From Rhodospirillales bacterium (lineage in GTDB: Bacteria; Pseudomonadota; Alphaproteobacteria; Bin95), in the NCBI GenBank assembly GCA_038143065.1, contig JAYQLI010000035.1, forward strand, positions 1,664,894-1,728,893: a stretch of DNA of 64,000 bases, in the 5' to 3' direction. Below the pieces are notes generated by a model that was given only the letters and a program-made list of their open reading frames with translations, ran no database searches and had not been told where the DNA came from. Below, piece after piece: positions 1-11,171 of this stretch (its first letter is position 1; each line of letters starts with the position of its first letter). The translations under genes and the position numbers were made by a program.

Positions 1-1093
1 CTGTGGCCATATCTCGTGCATCTCGGGGGCCATCACCATCCAGCATACCAACCAAACCAATCGCTGATGCTCTACTGGCACGGATGTGTTGTTCCGTCCT
101 TGGACGGGTGCGCGGCATAATTATGGCGCGCTTATCAAAGGAGAGAATTTCGCAGAAGGTATTGTAACCACCCATAGCTACCACACCAGCTGCTTCAGCA
201 ATAACTGCTTCCATATTCGCATCAAAAGTGATGGCATCAACGGCCTTTAAATTTGAGACACGCTCGCGAAAGTCTCGCTGCCGATCAAGGCTCATAAATG
301 GCCCAAAAACTATAAGCGCACGAGGACGAAGGCCTGGTTCTCGCTCATAGGCTCGAAGTACCCAATCGACTAAAGCTTCCCCGTCACCGCCACCTCCAGG
401 TGTCACTAATATGAATGGTTCACTAGCGACAGACGGCTCCTCTAGCGAGGCTGAATAGCTTGACGCCTCTCGCCGCAAATAGCCTGTATAGGTAATTTTC
501 CGACCAACTGATGCTGGCGTGGCAAGGCCTTCTAAAGGATCGCAGATGTGTGGCAAGCCATAGACCCAAATTTCATCATAAAGGTCCTGCAAAGCAGGCA
601 TGGCTTTCTTGCGTTCCCACTCTGGAGCCAATTGATCGGGATCATCCATTACGTCGCGCAGACCAAGGACTAAGCGCGTTCCATTGGATTTCAGAAGTTT
701 CAGTGTTTCTTCTGCCTCACCTCGTAATCCTAGGGGCTCTTTATCAACGATGAAGATGTCAGGATCAAACTCCTCCGCCGTATGCCGGATAATTGACGCG
801 CGCAGAGCCAATGTATGCTCTGGCGCCAGATCAAGCATATGACTGGTGTAATCGCCATTAGACAGCTTGATCATGCCTGGCACACGAACAAAATCCACAC
901 GAGGACCAAAATCAAAACTGCCGATAATTGGCGAACCCGATAAAATTAAAACCGATAAATCTTCGTATTGTTCTACCAATGCATTAGCTATAGCCCGACA
1001 GCGCCTGAGATGCCCTAAACCAAAACTATCGTGGCTGTATATTAGAATGCGATGGCCGCCAGCGCGGCGCATGAGCGTCGATTTCGGGCTCAT
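1..1093 (-). CDS. Predicted glycosyltransferase (GT-B, COG4671-like); 3' end runs off the window
   Basis: Not in the ORF track. Manual translation from ATG 1093 (alternative ATG 1072): MSPKSTLMRRAGGHRILIYSHDSFGLGHLRRCRAIANAL...FDPDIFIVDKEPLGLRGE...LGLRDVMDDP. YSHDxxGLGH is typical of this family. Confidence 0.85.
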   Translation of the reverse strand, partial: MSPKSTLMRRAGGHRILIYSHDSFGLGHLRRCRAIANALVEQYEDLSVLILSGSPIIGSFDFGPRVDFVRVPGMIKLSNGDYTSHMLDLAPEHTLALRASIIRHTAEEFDPDIFIVDKEPLGLRGEAEETLKLLKSNGTRLVLGLRDVMDDPDQLAPEWERKKAMPALQDLYDEIWVYGLPHICDPLEGLATPASVGRKITYTGYLRREASSYSASLEEPSVASEPFILVTPGGGGDGEALVDWVLRAYEREPGLRPRALIVFGPFMSLDRQRDFRERVSNLKAVDAITFDANMEAVIAEAAGVVAMGGYNTFCEILSFDKRAIIMPRTRPRTEQHIRASRASAIGLVGMLDGDGPRDARDMAT

Positions 1094-1298
1094 CTTTTCT
1101 CGACTCCCCGCCGCCAATCCCGGTGTTTACGCAATTCTATGCTTGGTTATGTCGCATAGCGTTATGCTTATCTATCCGCAAAGTACCTTTGTGGGCAAGG
1201 TTACAATTATTCAGGTTGCATTACGCCGTTTCACTGGAATGACCAATGCGCTAGAATGATGAGCCTTCCAATGGAATGACTGCTTGGGAATAGGTGGC

Positions 1299-2135
1299 AT
1301 GAGTACAACTGGCTTGATGGCAGGTAAACGCGGCTTGATCATGGGCGTAGCTAATGATCGCTCACTAGCCTGGGGTATCGCAAAGGCGTGTGTTGATGCA
1401 GGCGCAGAAGTTGCCTTCACCTATCAGGGTGAAGCCCTTGAAAAGCGAGTAAGGCCGCTTGCAGAAGAAGCGGGGGCTAAATTAGTTCTCCCCGCCGATG
1501 TTACGGATAATGCAAGTATGGATGCAGCTTTTCAGGCAATTAAGGACGAGTGGGGAACACTTGATTTTGCAGTTCACGCAATTGCCTTTTCAGACAAAAA
1601 TGAGCTGAAAGGCCGCTATGCCGACACGTCCAGAGAAAATTTCATTCGAAGTATGGATATTTCCTGCTTTTCCTTCACGGACATGTGTCGCCGCGCATCG
1701 GAATTAATGCCCAACGGCGGTTGTTTAGTAACGCTAACGTATCTTGGGGCAGAGCGCGTCATGCCTCACTACAATGTTATGGGGGTAGCTAAGGCCGCTC
1801 TAGAAGCTAGCGTTCGATACCTGGCTGCAGATTTTGGCAGCGTAGGAATACGTGTTAACGCCATTTCAGCCGGTCCAGTAAAAACTCTTGCTGCCTCAGG
1901 AATAGGTGATTTCCGCTATATTCTGAAATGGAATGAGTTAAATGCTCCTATGGAGCGCAATATTACCATAGATGACGTGGGTGGGGCTGGCCTTTACCTT
2001 CTATCAGACCTCGGCTCGGGTGTAACAGGGGAAGTCCATCACGTTGACGGCGGCTATCACTCCGTCGGAATGTTAAACACGCGGAACGCAAGGGGCGTCT
2101 CGGCTCTACTCGCTGACTTCAAAGAAAAAGAATAG
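1299..2135 (+). CDS. fabI: Enoyl-ACP reductase FabI
   Basis: GKRGLIMGVANDRSLAWGIA, YNVMGVAKAALE and ISAGPVKTLAASGI motifs. ATG 1299 is preferred over TTG 1284. Confidence 0.97.
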   Translation: MSTTGLMAGKRGLIMGVANDRSLAWGIAKACVDAGAEVAFTYQGEALEKRVRPLAEEAGAKLVLPADVTDNASMDAAFQAIKDEWGTLDFAVHAIAFSDKNELKGRYADTSRENFIRSMDISCFSFTDMCRRASELMPNGGCLVTLTYLGAERVMPHYNVMGVAKAALEASVRYLAADFGSVGIRVNAISAGPVKTLAASGIGDFRYILKWNELNAPMERNITIDDVGGAGLYLLSDLGSGVTGEVHHVDGGYHSVGMLNTRNARGVSALLADFKEKE

Positions 2136-2138
2136 TTA

Positions 2139-3275
2139 ATGGCAGGCAACAGTTTTGGGGACGCATTTCGATTTACCTCGTGGGGAGAAAGCCACGGACC
2201 AGCTATTGGCTGTGTGATAGATGGTTGCCCTCCCGGCATACAGTTGGATGCTGCCACTGATCTGCAGCCCTTCCTTGACAAGCGTCGTCCAGGAACCTCT
2301 CGCTTTGTAACTCAAAGACGCGAACCCGATGAGGCAAAAATCCTCTCAGGTGTATTCGAAGGACGAACGACAGGCACCCCCATCGCTGTTGTGATAGAAA
2401 ATACCGACCAGCGATCTCGTGATTATTCTGACATAGCAAGACAATACCGGCCTGGTCATGCTGACTTTGCTTATGACGCAAAGTATGGAGTTGGAACCCG
2501 CGACTATCGCGGTGGGGGACGTTCCTCTGCAAGAGAAACCGCTATGCGGGTTGCTGCAGGCGCTGTAGCCCGGAAGGCACTAAGCTCTATTCTTGGTTCT
2601 ACATTCTCAATTAGAGGTTCAGTGGTCCAAATTGGGTCAGATCAGATTGATCGCGCCAACTGGGATTGGAATGGAACTGATAATAATCCTTTCTTTTGCC
2701 CAGATGCCGATGCAGCTAAGCGATGGAAAACATTAGTAGATTCTGCCCGAAAAGATGGATCATCCTTAGGAGCAATCCTGGAGGTGGTTGCTGAAGGAAT
2801 TCCTGCCGGCCTTGGCGAACCCATATATGGGAAACTCGACAGTGATGTTGCTGCGGCACTTATGAGCATCAACGCGGTAAAAGGAGTTGAGATTGGTGAT
2901 GGTTTTGCATCTGCTGCTCAGCGTGGCGAGGAAGCTCATGACGCTATGCGCCCATCCAATACTGGCGGCGTGGTGTTTGAAACGAATCACGCGGGTGGGG
3001 TACTAGGCGGTATTTCAACTGGCCAGCCTCTGATTGCCCGCTTCGCAGTAAAACCTACGAGCTCAATTCTAATTCCTCGGCCCAGTGTTGATGCGGACGG
3101 AAAAGCGATTGAAGTAAGAACCAAAGGGCGCCATGACCCATGCGTAGGTATTCGGGCAGCACCTATTGGTGAAGCAATGGTAGCGGTAGTCTTACTCGAC
3201 CATTTAATTCGACAAAGAGGGCTTCGAGGTTCCGAATGGCTAGTTGACAACTCTAAAACCCAGATGGGTTTGTGA
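2139..3275 (+). CDS. aroC: Chorismate synthase
   Basis: [27 protein letters not shown] and RHDPCV motifs. Confidence 0.98.
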   Translation: MAGNSFGDAFRFTSWGESHGPAIGCVIDGCPPGIQLDAATDLQPFLDKRRPGTSRFVTQRREPDEAKILSGVFEGRTTGTPIAVVIENTDQRSRDYSDIARQYRPGHADFAYDAKYGVGTRDYRGGGRSSARETAMRVAAGAVARKALSSILGSTFSIRGSVVQIGSDQIDRANWDWNGTDNNPFFCPDADAAKRWKTLVDSARKDGSSLGAILEVVAEGIPAGLGEPIYGKLDSDVAAALMSINAVKGVEIGDGFASAAQRGEEAHDAMRPSNTGGVVFETNHAGGVLGGISTGQPLIARFAVKPTSSILIPRPSVDADGKAIEVRTKGRHDPCVGIRAAPIGEAMVAVVLLDHLIRQRGLRGSEWLVDNSKTQMGL

Positions 3276-3297
3276 TGCAAAATGCGGAATGGAGCCA

Positions 3298-4914
3298 ATG
3301 ACGCTCAATTTCGAGGGTCACACAACCACTAGCGTTTTTGACGAGGCTGCAGAACGCTGGCCAGACAATGAACTCTTTGCACTTCCAAGCGATCCAACGC
3401 GTCCATATTACCCCGAAGGCTATAGCGTTTCATTTGTCGGAGCTAAATGCAACGTCGATCAATACAAAGCGGCCCTATCAGATGCAGGATATGGGAATGG
3501 ACACCGAATAACCTGCTTACTTGCAAATCGACCTGAAATTATGTGGTTGAAACTCGCGATGAATGGCATTGGTGTCTCGTGGGTACCCATCAATCCTGAC
3601 TATCGACCATCTGAGCTCGCTTATGTCCTAGCTGATTCTGCCGCCGATCTTATTGTCATCGGCAGAGAATTTATTGATCTCGCACAAGCAGCTTTAGAGC
3701 AACTTGACAAAGCTCCACCCATCCTTGTGTTAGGCGAGAAATTTAGGCCGCCGTCGCCTAACCGCCCTGCACCACTGAGTGGGATGCCAACCCCAAAAGG
3801 AGAAGCCAGTCTTCTCTATACCTCCGGGACCACTGGTCGACCTAAAGGATGCATTCTCTCTCACGAGTATGAACTAAGCGTCGGCCACTGGTATGCTGAG
3901 ATAGGCGGACAGTTAAACATTCGAGAGGGCGAGGAACGCGTTTATAATCCCCTGCCTCTTTTTCACTTAAATGCGGCCATTGTTCTGTTCTTTGGAATGG
4001 TTCTAACAGGGAATTGTCATATCTCAACGGCTCGTTTTAGTCGCTCCCGCTGGTGGGATGAAATTTCTGAAACTAGGGCGACTGGCTGTCATTACCTTGG
4101 CATTGTGGTGCCTTCTTTAATGAACGACCCACCCTCACAAAATGACCAGAGGCATGGTTTGCGATGGGCGGCTGGCGCTGGAGTAGAACCGTCTCTGCAT
4201 CGCCCTTTTGAAGAGCGATTTGGCTTTCCACTAATAGAGATTTGGGGAATGACAGAGTTCTGCCGAATATTGGCAGACGCCCATGAACCAAGGAGTATCG
4301 ATACTCGCGCAATGGGTCGCCCCAGACCAGGGTTCGACGCACGCGTAGTTGATGAGGACGACAAAGATGTTCCATTTGGCACCCCTGGAGAAATGATCGT
4401 CCGTCACTCTGAAGAAACTCCGCGCCGCCATGCATTTTCTGGCTATCTGAATCTCCCAGAGGAAACTGAGAAAGCCTGGCGTGGCGGCTGGTTTCATACT
4501 GGGGATACAGTTACCCAGGACGAGACCGGGATGCTTTATTTTGTGGACCGCAAAAAGAATATTATTCGTCGCTCAGGCGAAAATATTGCGGCAGCCGAAA
4601 TCGAGGCATGCTTACAGCCGTTGCCAGAAGTAGACGCAATTGCCGTTATGCCAATTGAGGATGAACTTCGGGACGAAGAGGTACTGGCTTGCATTGTTGC
4701 AAATGGAACAGCAGACAATGCCCTGGCATGAAAGTTATTCGAGCACTGCTTCGAACATCTAGCCTATTTTAAGGCGCCTGGCTGGATACTTTTCCTGGAC
4801 GAAATTCCTGTAACGGGCACCCAGAAAATACAGAAGCACATGATCTTCCAAGAGGGCGAAGACCCGCGCCAACACCCTCACATTCACGATTTTAGAAATC
4901 TCAAACGGCGCTAA
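3298..4914 (+). CDS. AMP-dependent acyl-CoA ligase (CaiC-like), interrupted by in-frame TGA at 4729-4731
   Basis: YTSGTTGRPKG, WGMTE, FHTGD, DRKKNIIRRSGENI. The same frame continues past the TGA as KLFEHCFEHLAYFKAPGWILFLDEIPVTGTQKIQK (conserved C-terminal Lys motif) to TAA 4912-4914. Start approximate. Confidence 0.85.
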
Positions 4915-4949
4915 TTAACGAATATAGCTTACGACTCAGAACCTTCTTT

Positions 4950-6548
4950 TTAAGAAAAGACGATGTGACGATACCCATCTTCTTTAACTTTATCGCAAAA
5001 TTCTCGGTACGCTGGATGACCACCACTATACCGCATGATCCTGGGCTTGCGTTTGTGAGCCAGGTTCCTGTTGACGCCAGTCATCCAAGAACCGATCTCA
5101 TTCATCAGGAGACCTTCCCCAAGGGAAAGCACGTGGTTGGTCCATTCATCCATCGCAAGTTCACTAGTTTGAACATTACGTTTATTGTTTTGAACGGCGT
5201 GTGAAATTAAATCACTTACCCATTCCACGCTGTACTCTGCAGTCCTCGTATAATTGCCCAAACCGCTGTGCGGACCCATACAAATGAACATATTAGGGAA
5301 ATCAGCAACGAGCACGCCTAGGTATGTGACAGGACCATCATCCCATAATTCACGCAATTCCTTACCATTGATGCCCTTGATATCGATGCGCTCAAAAGCA
5401 CCAGTAATTGCGTCGAAACCAGTAGCGTAAATAATTATATCTAACTCTATATCACCTTCTTTTGTTCGTATCCCTTCTGGGATGATCTCTAAAATTGGGT
5501 TTTCATTGATATCGATTAGCTGAACGTTTTCTTTATTGTATGTCTCGTAGTACCGCGTTTCCTGAGGTACTCGGCGCGTCCCAAATCCATGATCTTTGGG
5601 GATTAATTTTTCCGCAATAATTGGATCATTGACGCGACCACGTATTTTTTCTGCTAGGAACTCGCTCATCATAGTGTTGGCTGTTCGATCCGTGAGCATG
5701 TCCTTAAAGTTACCTTGCCAAATTCCAAAGCCGGGCTCCGCGTAGAGCTTCTCCCAAAAAGCTATTCGTTCCTCATCGGTAACTTCAAAGGTTGAACGGG
5801 GGTCAGTGGAATGGATGTAACATCCAGGTGTTTGTGTACACAGTTCCAAAATTTCGTCGTAATTCTTTTTAATTTGCTCCATCCGATCCTTTGGGATCTT
5901 TTTGTTGTGCAATGGAGTGCACCAATTCGGAGTACGCTGAAAAACAGTCAAATTGCCAACAATCTTTGCAATCTCTGGAATGATTTGGACAGCCGTAGCA
6001 CCAGTTCCAATGATGCCAACCCTTTTTCCAGTTAAATCAACTTCAGACTGAGGCCATTTATGGGTGTGGTAGGAAATTCCTTTGTATGTATCTACGCCAG
6101 GAATGTCAGGCATTACTGCTGCGGAGAGGATCCCAACTGCGGGAACAAAGAAACGACAAGTATATTGTTTGCCGTCCTCCGTAGTTAGGTTCCAGAGGCT
6201 CTCTTTTTCATCAAAGTGAGCGCTTTTGACCATTGTGTTGAAGTCTATGGAGGACATCAGATCGAACTTGTCTGCGACATAATTCAAATATTTTTCGGTT
6301 TCAGGCTGAGGAGAAAAGTCTTCCGTCCAGTCCCACTCTTCTAAAAGCTCCTTCGAGAAAGAATAGCCGTAGGTCCAGCTTTCAGAGTCAAACCTGGCCC
6401 CTGGATATCGGTTCCAATACCAAGTGCCGCCAATCTTAGGAGCGGCCTATAGGCATCTGCCCTTGAGGCCCATTTCTTTGACTTTGTGTATCTGATACAA
6501 GCCAGCTACACCGGCGCCCACGATTATTACATCATATTCAGTAGACAT
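4950..6548 (-). CDS. Baeyer-Villiger-type flavin monooxygenase, interrupted by in-frame TAG at 6447-6449
   Basis: From ATG 6548: MSTEYDVIIVGAGVAG...KGRCL*AAPKIGGTWYWNRYPGARFDSES, in frame with ORF 4950..6287. BVMO fingerprint YKGISYHTHKWP and second Rossmann motif GTGATA. The TAG replaces the conserved Glu of the FAD-binding fold. Confidence 0.9.
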
Positions 6549-6717
6549 TTTCTGAACTTTTCTCTCTCGAACATAACGAAAATTGGTGTTTCAAACTTAA
6601 TGTTAGGTAAACCCTATTGTGGGTTCAAGGGCAGCACATTGAGTGGCAGCCCCATCAATATGAGCTATGACCATATTCAGCAGGCTTGAAATTATACAAT
6701 TCCTGATTGGAAAAGTG

Positions 6718-7977
6718 TTAATGCGCGACAGCCGCTGCCCCATGCTCGTCAATCAGATATCCTGTTTCAAAGCGACTTAAGGTAAATGGAGCATTGATTT
6801 GGTGCGGCTCACCATTTGCGATCGTATGAGCTAAAGTCCAGCCAGATGAGGGGGTCGCCTTAAAGCCTCCAGTTCCCCATCCACAATTGATGAAAAGGCC
6901 TGGTACCGGCGTCAAACCGATAATTGGTGATGCGTCAGGACAAACATCTACAATGCCTGCCCAAGTTCGAAGAACACGAACGCTACTGAACATTGGGAAG
7001 AGCTCGCAGGCCGCCGCCATTTGTTCTTCAATAATGTGGAGGGCTCCACGCTGCGTGTACGAAGTGTAGGGATCAATCCCCGCCCCCAAAACTAGCTCGC
7101 CCTTATCCGACTGGCTTACGTAAACATGAACCTGGTTGGACATCACAACGCAATCAAGCACTGGTCTCAGAGGTTCCGATACAAGGGCTTGCAATGGATG
7201 ACTTTCAATAGGCAGCCTAAATCCAGCCATCTCCGCAAGAACACTCGAATGGCCGGCAGTTACAAGCGCTCCCTTCTTTGCTCGAATAGTTCCACGGGTA
7301 GTTTCAACCCCCTCAAAAGACCCATCCGCTCTGCGCAAAATACTAGTCACTTCAGCATTTTCGATAATATCGACACCTAGCCGGTCTGCAGCTCTTGCAT
7401 AACCCCAGACGACCGCGTCGTGCCGCGCAGTACCTCCGCGACGCTGCAATGTCGCTCCAAGAACTGGCCATCTTTTTTCAGATGAAATATCAATGAGGGG
7501 GCAGAACGCTTTCACACCATCTGCATCGAGCCACTCTGCATCTATGCCGTTAAGATTATTAGCGTTAACGCGTCTCACACTCTCACGGACGTCATGCAAA
7601 GTGTGCGCTAAATTGAGCACGCCGCGCTGACTGAACATAACGTTCACATTCAAGTCTTGGGACAAACCTTCCCAGAGCTTTAAACCATGCTCGTAAATGG
7701 CTGCACTTTCATCCCAAAGGTAATTTGATCGAACAATTGTGGTATTTCGACCAGCGTTGCCCCCGCCAATCCAACCTTTTTCAACTACCGCTACATTTGT
7801 GATGCCGTGCAACTTTGCGAGGTAATACGCCGTCGCGAGACCGTGCCCGCCGCCACCTACAATGATTACATCATAGTAAGACTTTGGCTCGGGGTTTCGG
7901 CGCCAAGGCTTCCACCCCTTATTCCCGCCCAGCGCTTCACGAAGAATACGCCAGGCTGAAAAACGATCGTCCTGCAT
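6718..7977 (-). CDS. soxB: Sarcosine oxidase subunit beta family protein
   Basis: [55 protein letters not shown]-terminal EHGAAAVAH. Confidence 0.93.
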   Translation of the reverse strand: MQDDRFSAWRILREALGGNKGWKPWRRNPEPKSYYDVIIVGGGGHGLATAYYLAKLHGITNVAVVEKGWIGGGNAGRNTTIVRSNYLWDESAAIYEHGLKLWEGLSQDLNVNVMFSQRGVLNLAHTLHDVRESVRRVNANNLNGIDAEWLDADGVKAFCPLIDISSEKRWPVLGATLQRRGGTARHDAVVWGYARAADRLGVDIIENAEVTSILRRADGSFEGVETTRGTIRAKKGALVTAGHSSVLAEMAGFRLPIESHPLQALVSEPLRPVLDCVVMSNQVHVYVSQSDKGELVLGAGIDPYTSYTQRGALHIIEEQMAAACELFPMFSSVRVLRTWAGIVDVCPDASPIIGLTPVPGLFINCGWGTGGFKATPSSGWTLAHTIANGEPHQINAPFTLSRFETGYLIDEHGAAAVAH

Positions 7978-7990
7978 CAACGAAGATTAA

Positions 7991-9289
7991 TCAGTGATAA
8001 ACCAACGTCGGAAGCCATGTTGCGATTGATGGCGCGGCGATCAGAATGAGGATCATTGCCAACATAGCAACAACGAATGGTGTTGCACCTAGAGCGACGT
8101 CGTTGAACTTACCACCGCGATCTCGAATACCTTGTACGACATACAGATTAACACCGATTGGAGGCGTAATGAGTGCCGCTTCCATCAAAATCGTGATGAG
8201 AATTCCAAACCAAACATCCGAAAACTCTGGAACACCAAGTGCCATAACAATTGGGAACACCACCGGAATCGTCGTCAGCATCATCGACAGCGTTTCCATG
8301 AACATGCCGAGAAGCAAATAGAAAAAGACGATGAGCAATATTGTCTGGATAGGTGTAAGGCCTAGCTCGGCGATAAAGTTAAGCATCGCTTGTGTGATGC
8401 CCATAAAGCCCAACACAAAATTCAAGAAAATAGCAGCAAAGACGATAATCATAATCATCGCCGTAGTACGCATGGTTCCCTCGAATGCTTCTAGAAGCAT
8501 TTTGACGTTCAGTGACTTAAAATAGGCTGCGATGAGCAGTGACATCACCACGCCGATTGAGGCTGCTTCTGTTGGCGTAGCAACACCAGCATAAATCGAT
8601 CCAACTACGGCAGAAAACAACACAATTGGAGGAAGAAGGGCTGGCAACGTGCTGATCCGCTGGCCCCAACTCGTCTGAACCTTCTCGCCGCCCCAATCTT
8701 TTCTGTAAAGGCACGCAATGGCAATAACACCCATAAATAGAAGTGCTAAAATTATGCCAGGGATGATGCCTGCGAGATAAAGCTCTGGGACAGATGTATC
8801 GGTCAGCAGACCGTAAAGGATCATGTTAATCGATGGAGGCACTAAGATACCCAAAGTACCGCCGGCGGCGAGCGACCCTAAGAATAGGCTCTCGTTGTAT
8901 TTGCGTTTCTCAATTTCTGGATAAGCCACGGTTCCAACTGTTGCTGCCGTTGCCACACTAGATCCAGAGGAAGCAGCAAAGATGGTGCAAGAGCCAATGT
9001 TAGCGTGCATGAGACCGCCAGGTAGCCAAGACAGCCATTGGATGACTGCACCGTACATACGGCGTGCAATCCCAGCGCGAAGCATAATCTCTCCAAGCAG
9101 GATAAACATTGGAACAGCAACAAGGATAAATTCCTTTGATTTATCCCAAACAATTTCACCTATGCCGAGCGTTAAACGCCCATCCATAGCGATCTCGTCC
9201 AGTACAAAGCTGAGGATGCCCAGCACCGCCGCTACAGGGACAGCGGCGACAACTAAAATCAAAAGTCCGATCAGGATCCACGCAACCAT
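7991..9289 (-). CDS. dctM: TRAP transporter large permease DctM
   Basis: AVPMFILLGEI, SGSSVATAATVG, GGTLGILVPPS, TPTEAA, ITPPIGVNL. Confidence 0.95.
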   Translation of the reverse strand: MVAWILIGLLILVVAAVPVAAVLGILSFVLDEIAMDGRLTLGIGEIVWDKSKEFILVAVPMFILLGEIMLRAGIARRMYGAVIQWLSWLPGGLMHANIGSCTIFAASSGSSVATAATVGTVAYPEIEKRKYNESLFLGSLAAGGTLGILVPPSINMILYGLLTDTSVPELYLAGIIPGIILALLFMGVIAIACLYRKDWGGEKVQTSWGQRISTLPALLPPIVLFSAVVGSIYAGVATPTEAASIGVVMSLLIAAYFKSLNVKMLLEAFEGTMRTTAMIMIIVFAAIFLNFVLGFMGITQAMLNFIAELGLTPIQTILLIVFFYLLLGMFMETLSMMLTTIPVVFPIVMALGVPEFSDVWFGILITILMEAALITPPIGVNLYVVQGIRDRGGKFNDVALGATPFVVAMLAMILILIAAPSIATWLPTLVYH

Positions 9290-9292
9290 CGA

Positions 9293-9895
9293 TCAGGCTC
9301 CCTTCGCCTTGCTGGCTTCCATTACATCGATACCAGCAGTTTCTTCCTCAACCACTTCATCGATTGATGGAACACCGGCAATCTTGCGAACTAAATCAAA
9401 ATTTCTTTGGAGAAGCGCCACAAGCGCATAGAGGGTAACGAAAATCAAAACACAGAAGAATACGACCAGCCCCATCGCCCAGAAAAATTGCGGTATCCAT
9501 TGAGGAGTTTCAAGCGTCGTAATCGATACGGAACCCAACTCCCAGCTTTCAAGAAAAGCAAGAACTGCAGTCGAGGTCATGAACCACATGTAATAAAGGA
9601 GTAAGGCCAACCCCACTACGTCCAACGTCGCAGATACTGGCCGCGGAAGTAAATTATAAAGCGCATCAATTCTCACATTTGATCGATGCATCAGGGTGTA
9701 GGAATAGGCCCACGTAGTCGAAGCGGCAAATACGTATCCAGAAATTTCGTCCGATCCACTCATGGTAATACCGAGAAATTTCCGACAAAGAACGTCGATT
9801 GTCACAATAACCGCAGCTACCATCAGTGCGGCACCGCCAGCCCAAACCAGCCAACGAGAGAGTGTTTCCAATCTAGCGTGTATTGCTGCCATCAT
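9293..9895 (-). CDS. dctQ: TRAP transporter small permease DctQ
   Basis: Four hydrophobic segments, GSDEISGY and NVRID motifs. Lies between dctP and dctM. Confidence 0.9.
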   Translation of the reverse strand: MMAAIHARLETLSRWLVWAGGAALMVAAVIVTIDVLCRKFLGITMSGSDEISGYVFAASTTWAYSYTLMHRSNVRIDALYNLLPRPVSATLDVVGLALLLYYMWFMTSTAVLAFLESWELGSVSITTLETPQWIPQFFWAMGLVVFFCVLIFVTLYALVALLQRNFDLVRKIAGVPSIDEVVEEETAGIDVMEASKAKGA

Positions 9896-9943
9896 CGCTT
9901 GAGCCCTCCAGGCTTAAACCAAAAAACTGCTACTTTATAGGAA

Positions 9944-9978
9944 GGGGGCGCCGCGCACTTTGAGGACGCGGCGCCCCC
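9944..9978 (-). terminator. GC-rich 12-bp stem-loop between dctP and dctQ (attenuator or mRNA stabiliser)
   Basis: GGGGGCGCCGCG (9944-9955) and CGCGGCGCCCCC (9967-9978) form a perfect inverted repeat. Only a short U-tail follows on the minus strand. Confidence 0.7.
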
Positions 9979-10014
9979 AGTCTCATAAAGTGACAAATCT
10001 GAACAGTAAGCTAC

Positions 10015-11088
10015 TTACTTAAGCTTAGCTGTCAGGCCTGCCATCTTACCAAGGGTCGCATTCCACTCATCGACGCACTTCTGGGTTCCGCAACGCTTCG
10101 CCCAACGTGCAACAACGACGTTCTCAACAACATCCTTGAGCTTATCTTTGTCAGCACCCTTGATCTCGATTGGGGTCATGTTGCCTGGCTTGCCAAGATC
10201 ACAAGGACCTTGAGCATTACAGTCCATGCCCCGCTGATCGTTAACGCGGGTTGCCTTCCACATTGCATCGTAAAGAGGTGACATTTGGTCGGACATAAGC
10301 TTCTGCCCCTCAGCCCCAAGGCTATTCCAAGCTTTGTTGTTCATAGCCAAGAATGAGGATGCATATCCGAGACGAACCCGAATGTTGTGGGTAACAACCT
10401 GCCACCACTTTGCATTGTAGGCAGGCAACGTGCCTGTCACGCCGCAGTCGGCGACACCCTTTTGAAGGGCAGGTACAACTTCCGCAAACGCGATGGTTAC
10501 AGCTGAACCACCAACGCCCTCGATGACATCACCAAGAGTGGTTGAATAGGTGCGGATTTTCTTACCCTTGAGGTCAGCAAGCGACACATTGGTGTTGCTG
10601 CGGTCGCCCAAGTTGCACCAGAATTGCTGACTTGGCCATGCATACAAGAGGAGAAGCTTTGAATTGTATTTCTCATTGAACTCACGAGCGATAATAGGCT
10701 CATAAGCGTTCAGAGCCTTCTCATAAGTTGCTACGTCCTGGAATACGCCTGCAAGGTCAGCGCCCTCAATTGCGGGCGAGTCCTGAGCGACATAACCCGT
10801 AACACCGTGAACGGCGTCATATGTGCCAATTTTGAGAAGCTTCATAATTTCGAAACCAGACAAACCAACTTCGGTTTGAGACTTCGCATTAGCGGTGTAC
10901 TTACCGCCAGAAACCTTTGGAAGGGTCTCATTCCAGAAAGGGCCTTCACGCTCTTTCCAGTGATCAAGGAAGCCCCAGGTACCAACGACCGTGAACTTCT
11001 TTGCCTTTAATTCGGCTTGGGCAGCGCCCCCACCGACGGCGAGGCCGAGTGCAACAGCACCTGCCATAGCCAGTTTTAATGCTTTCAT
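10015..11088 (-). CDS. dctP: TRAP transporter periplasmic substrate-binding protein DctP
   Basis: Signal peptide (AAQA), DLKGKKIR and FAEVVPALQKGVADC motifs. Confidence 0.93.
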   Translation of the reverse strand: MKALKLAMAGAVALGLAVGGGAAQAELKAKKFTVVGTWGFLDHWKEREGPFWNETLPKVSGGKYTANAKSQTEVGLSGFEIMKLLKIGTYDAVHGVTGYVAQDSPAIEGADLAGVFQDVATYEKALNAYEPIIAREFNEKYNSKLLLLYAWPSQQFWCNLGDRSNTNVSLADLKGKKIRTYSTTLGDVIEGVGGSAVTIAFAEVVPALQKGVADCGVTGTLPAYNAKWWQVVTHNIRVRLGYASSFLAMNNKAWNSLGAEGQKLMSDQMSPLYDAMWKATRVNDQRGMDCNAQGPCDLGKPGNMTPIEIKGADKDKLKDVVENVVVARWAKRCGTQKCVDEWNATLGKMAGLTAKLK

Positions 11089-11171
11089 AAAAAATCTCCT
11101 GTTCTACTAACGGACTATGTTATAGCCCAAACAAACGCGTTTTTCCAAGGAGTTAACCTTTAGAACGCCTC

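Noticed and set aside
2133-2141. fabI-aroC fusion by readthrough (TAG TTA ATG is in frame)
   Set aside because: Both proteins are complete on their own, and a 3-nt gap is ordinary operon spacing.
4729-4760. TGA in the CoA ligase as a second selenocysteine; a small hairpin (TTCG-AGC-ACT-GCT-T-CGAA) follows it
   Set aside because: The position is a variable, non-catalytic helix, not a Cys or redox site. The loop is too close to the UGA and lacks the G. This is not a known selenoprotein family, and a single-base change such as CGA to TGA is more likely.
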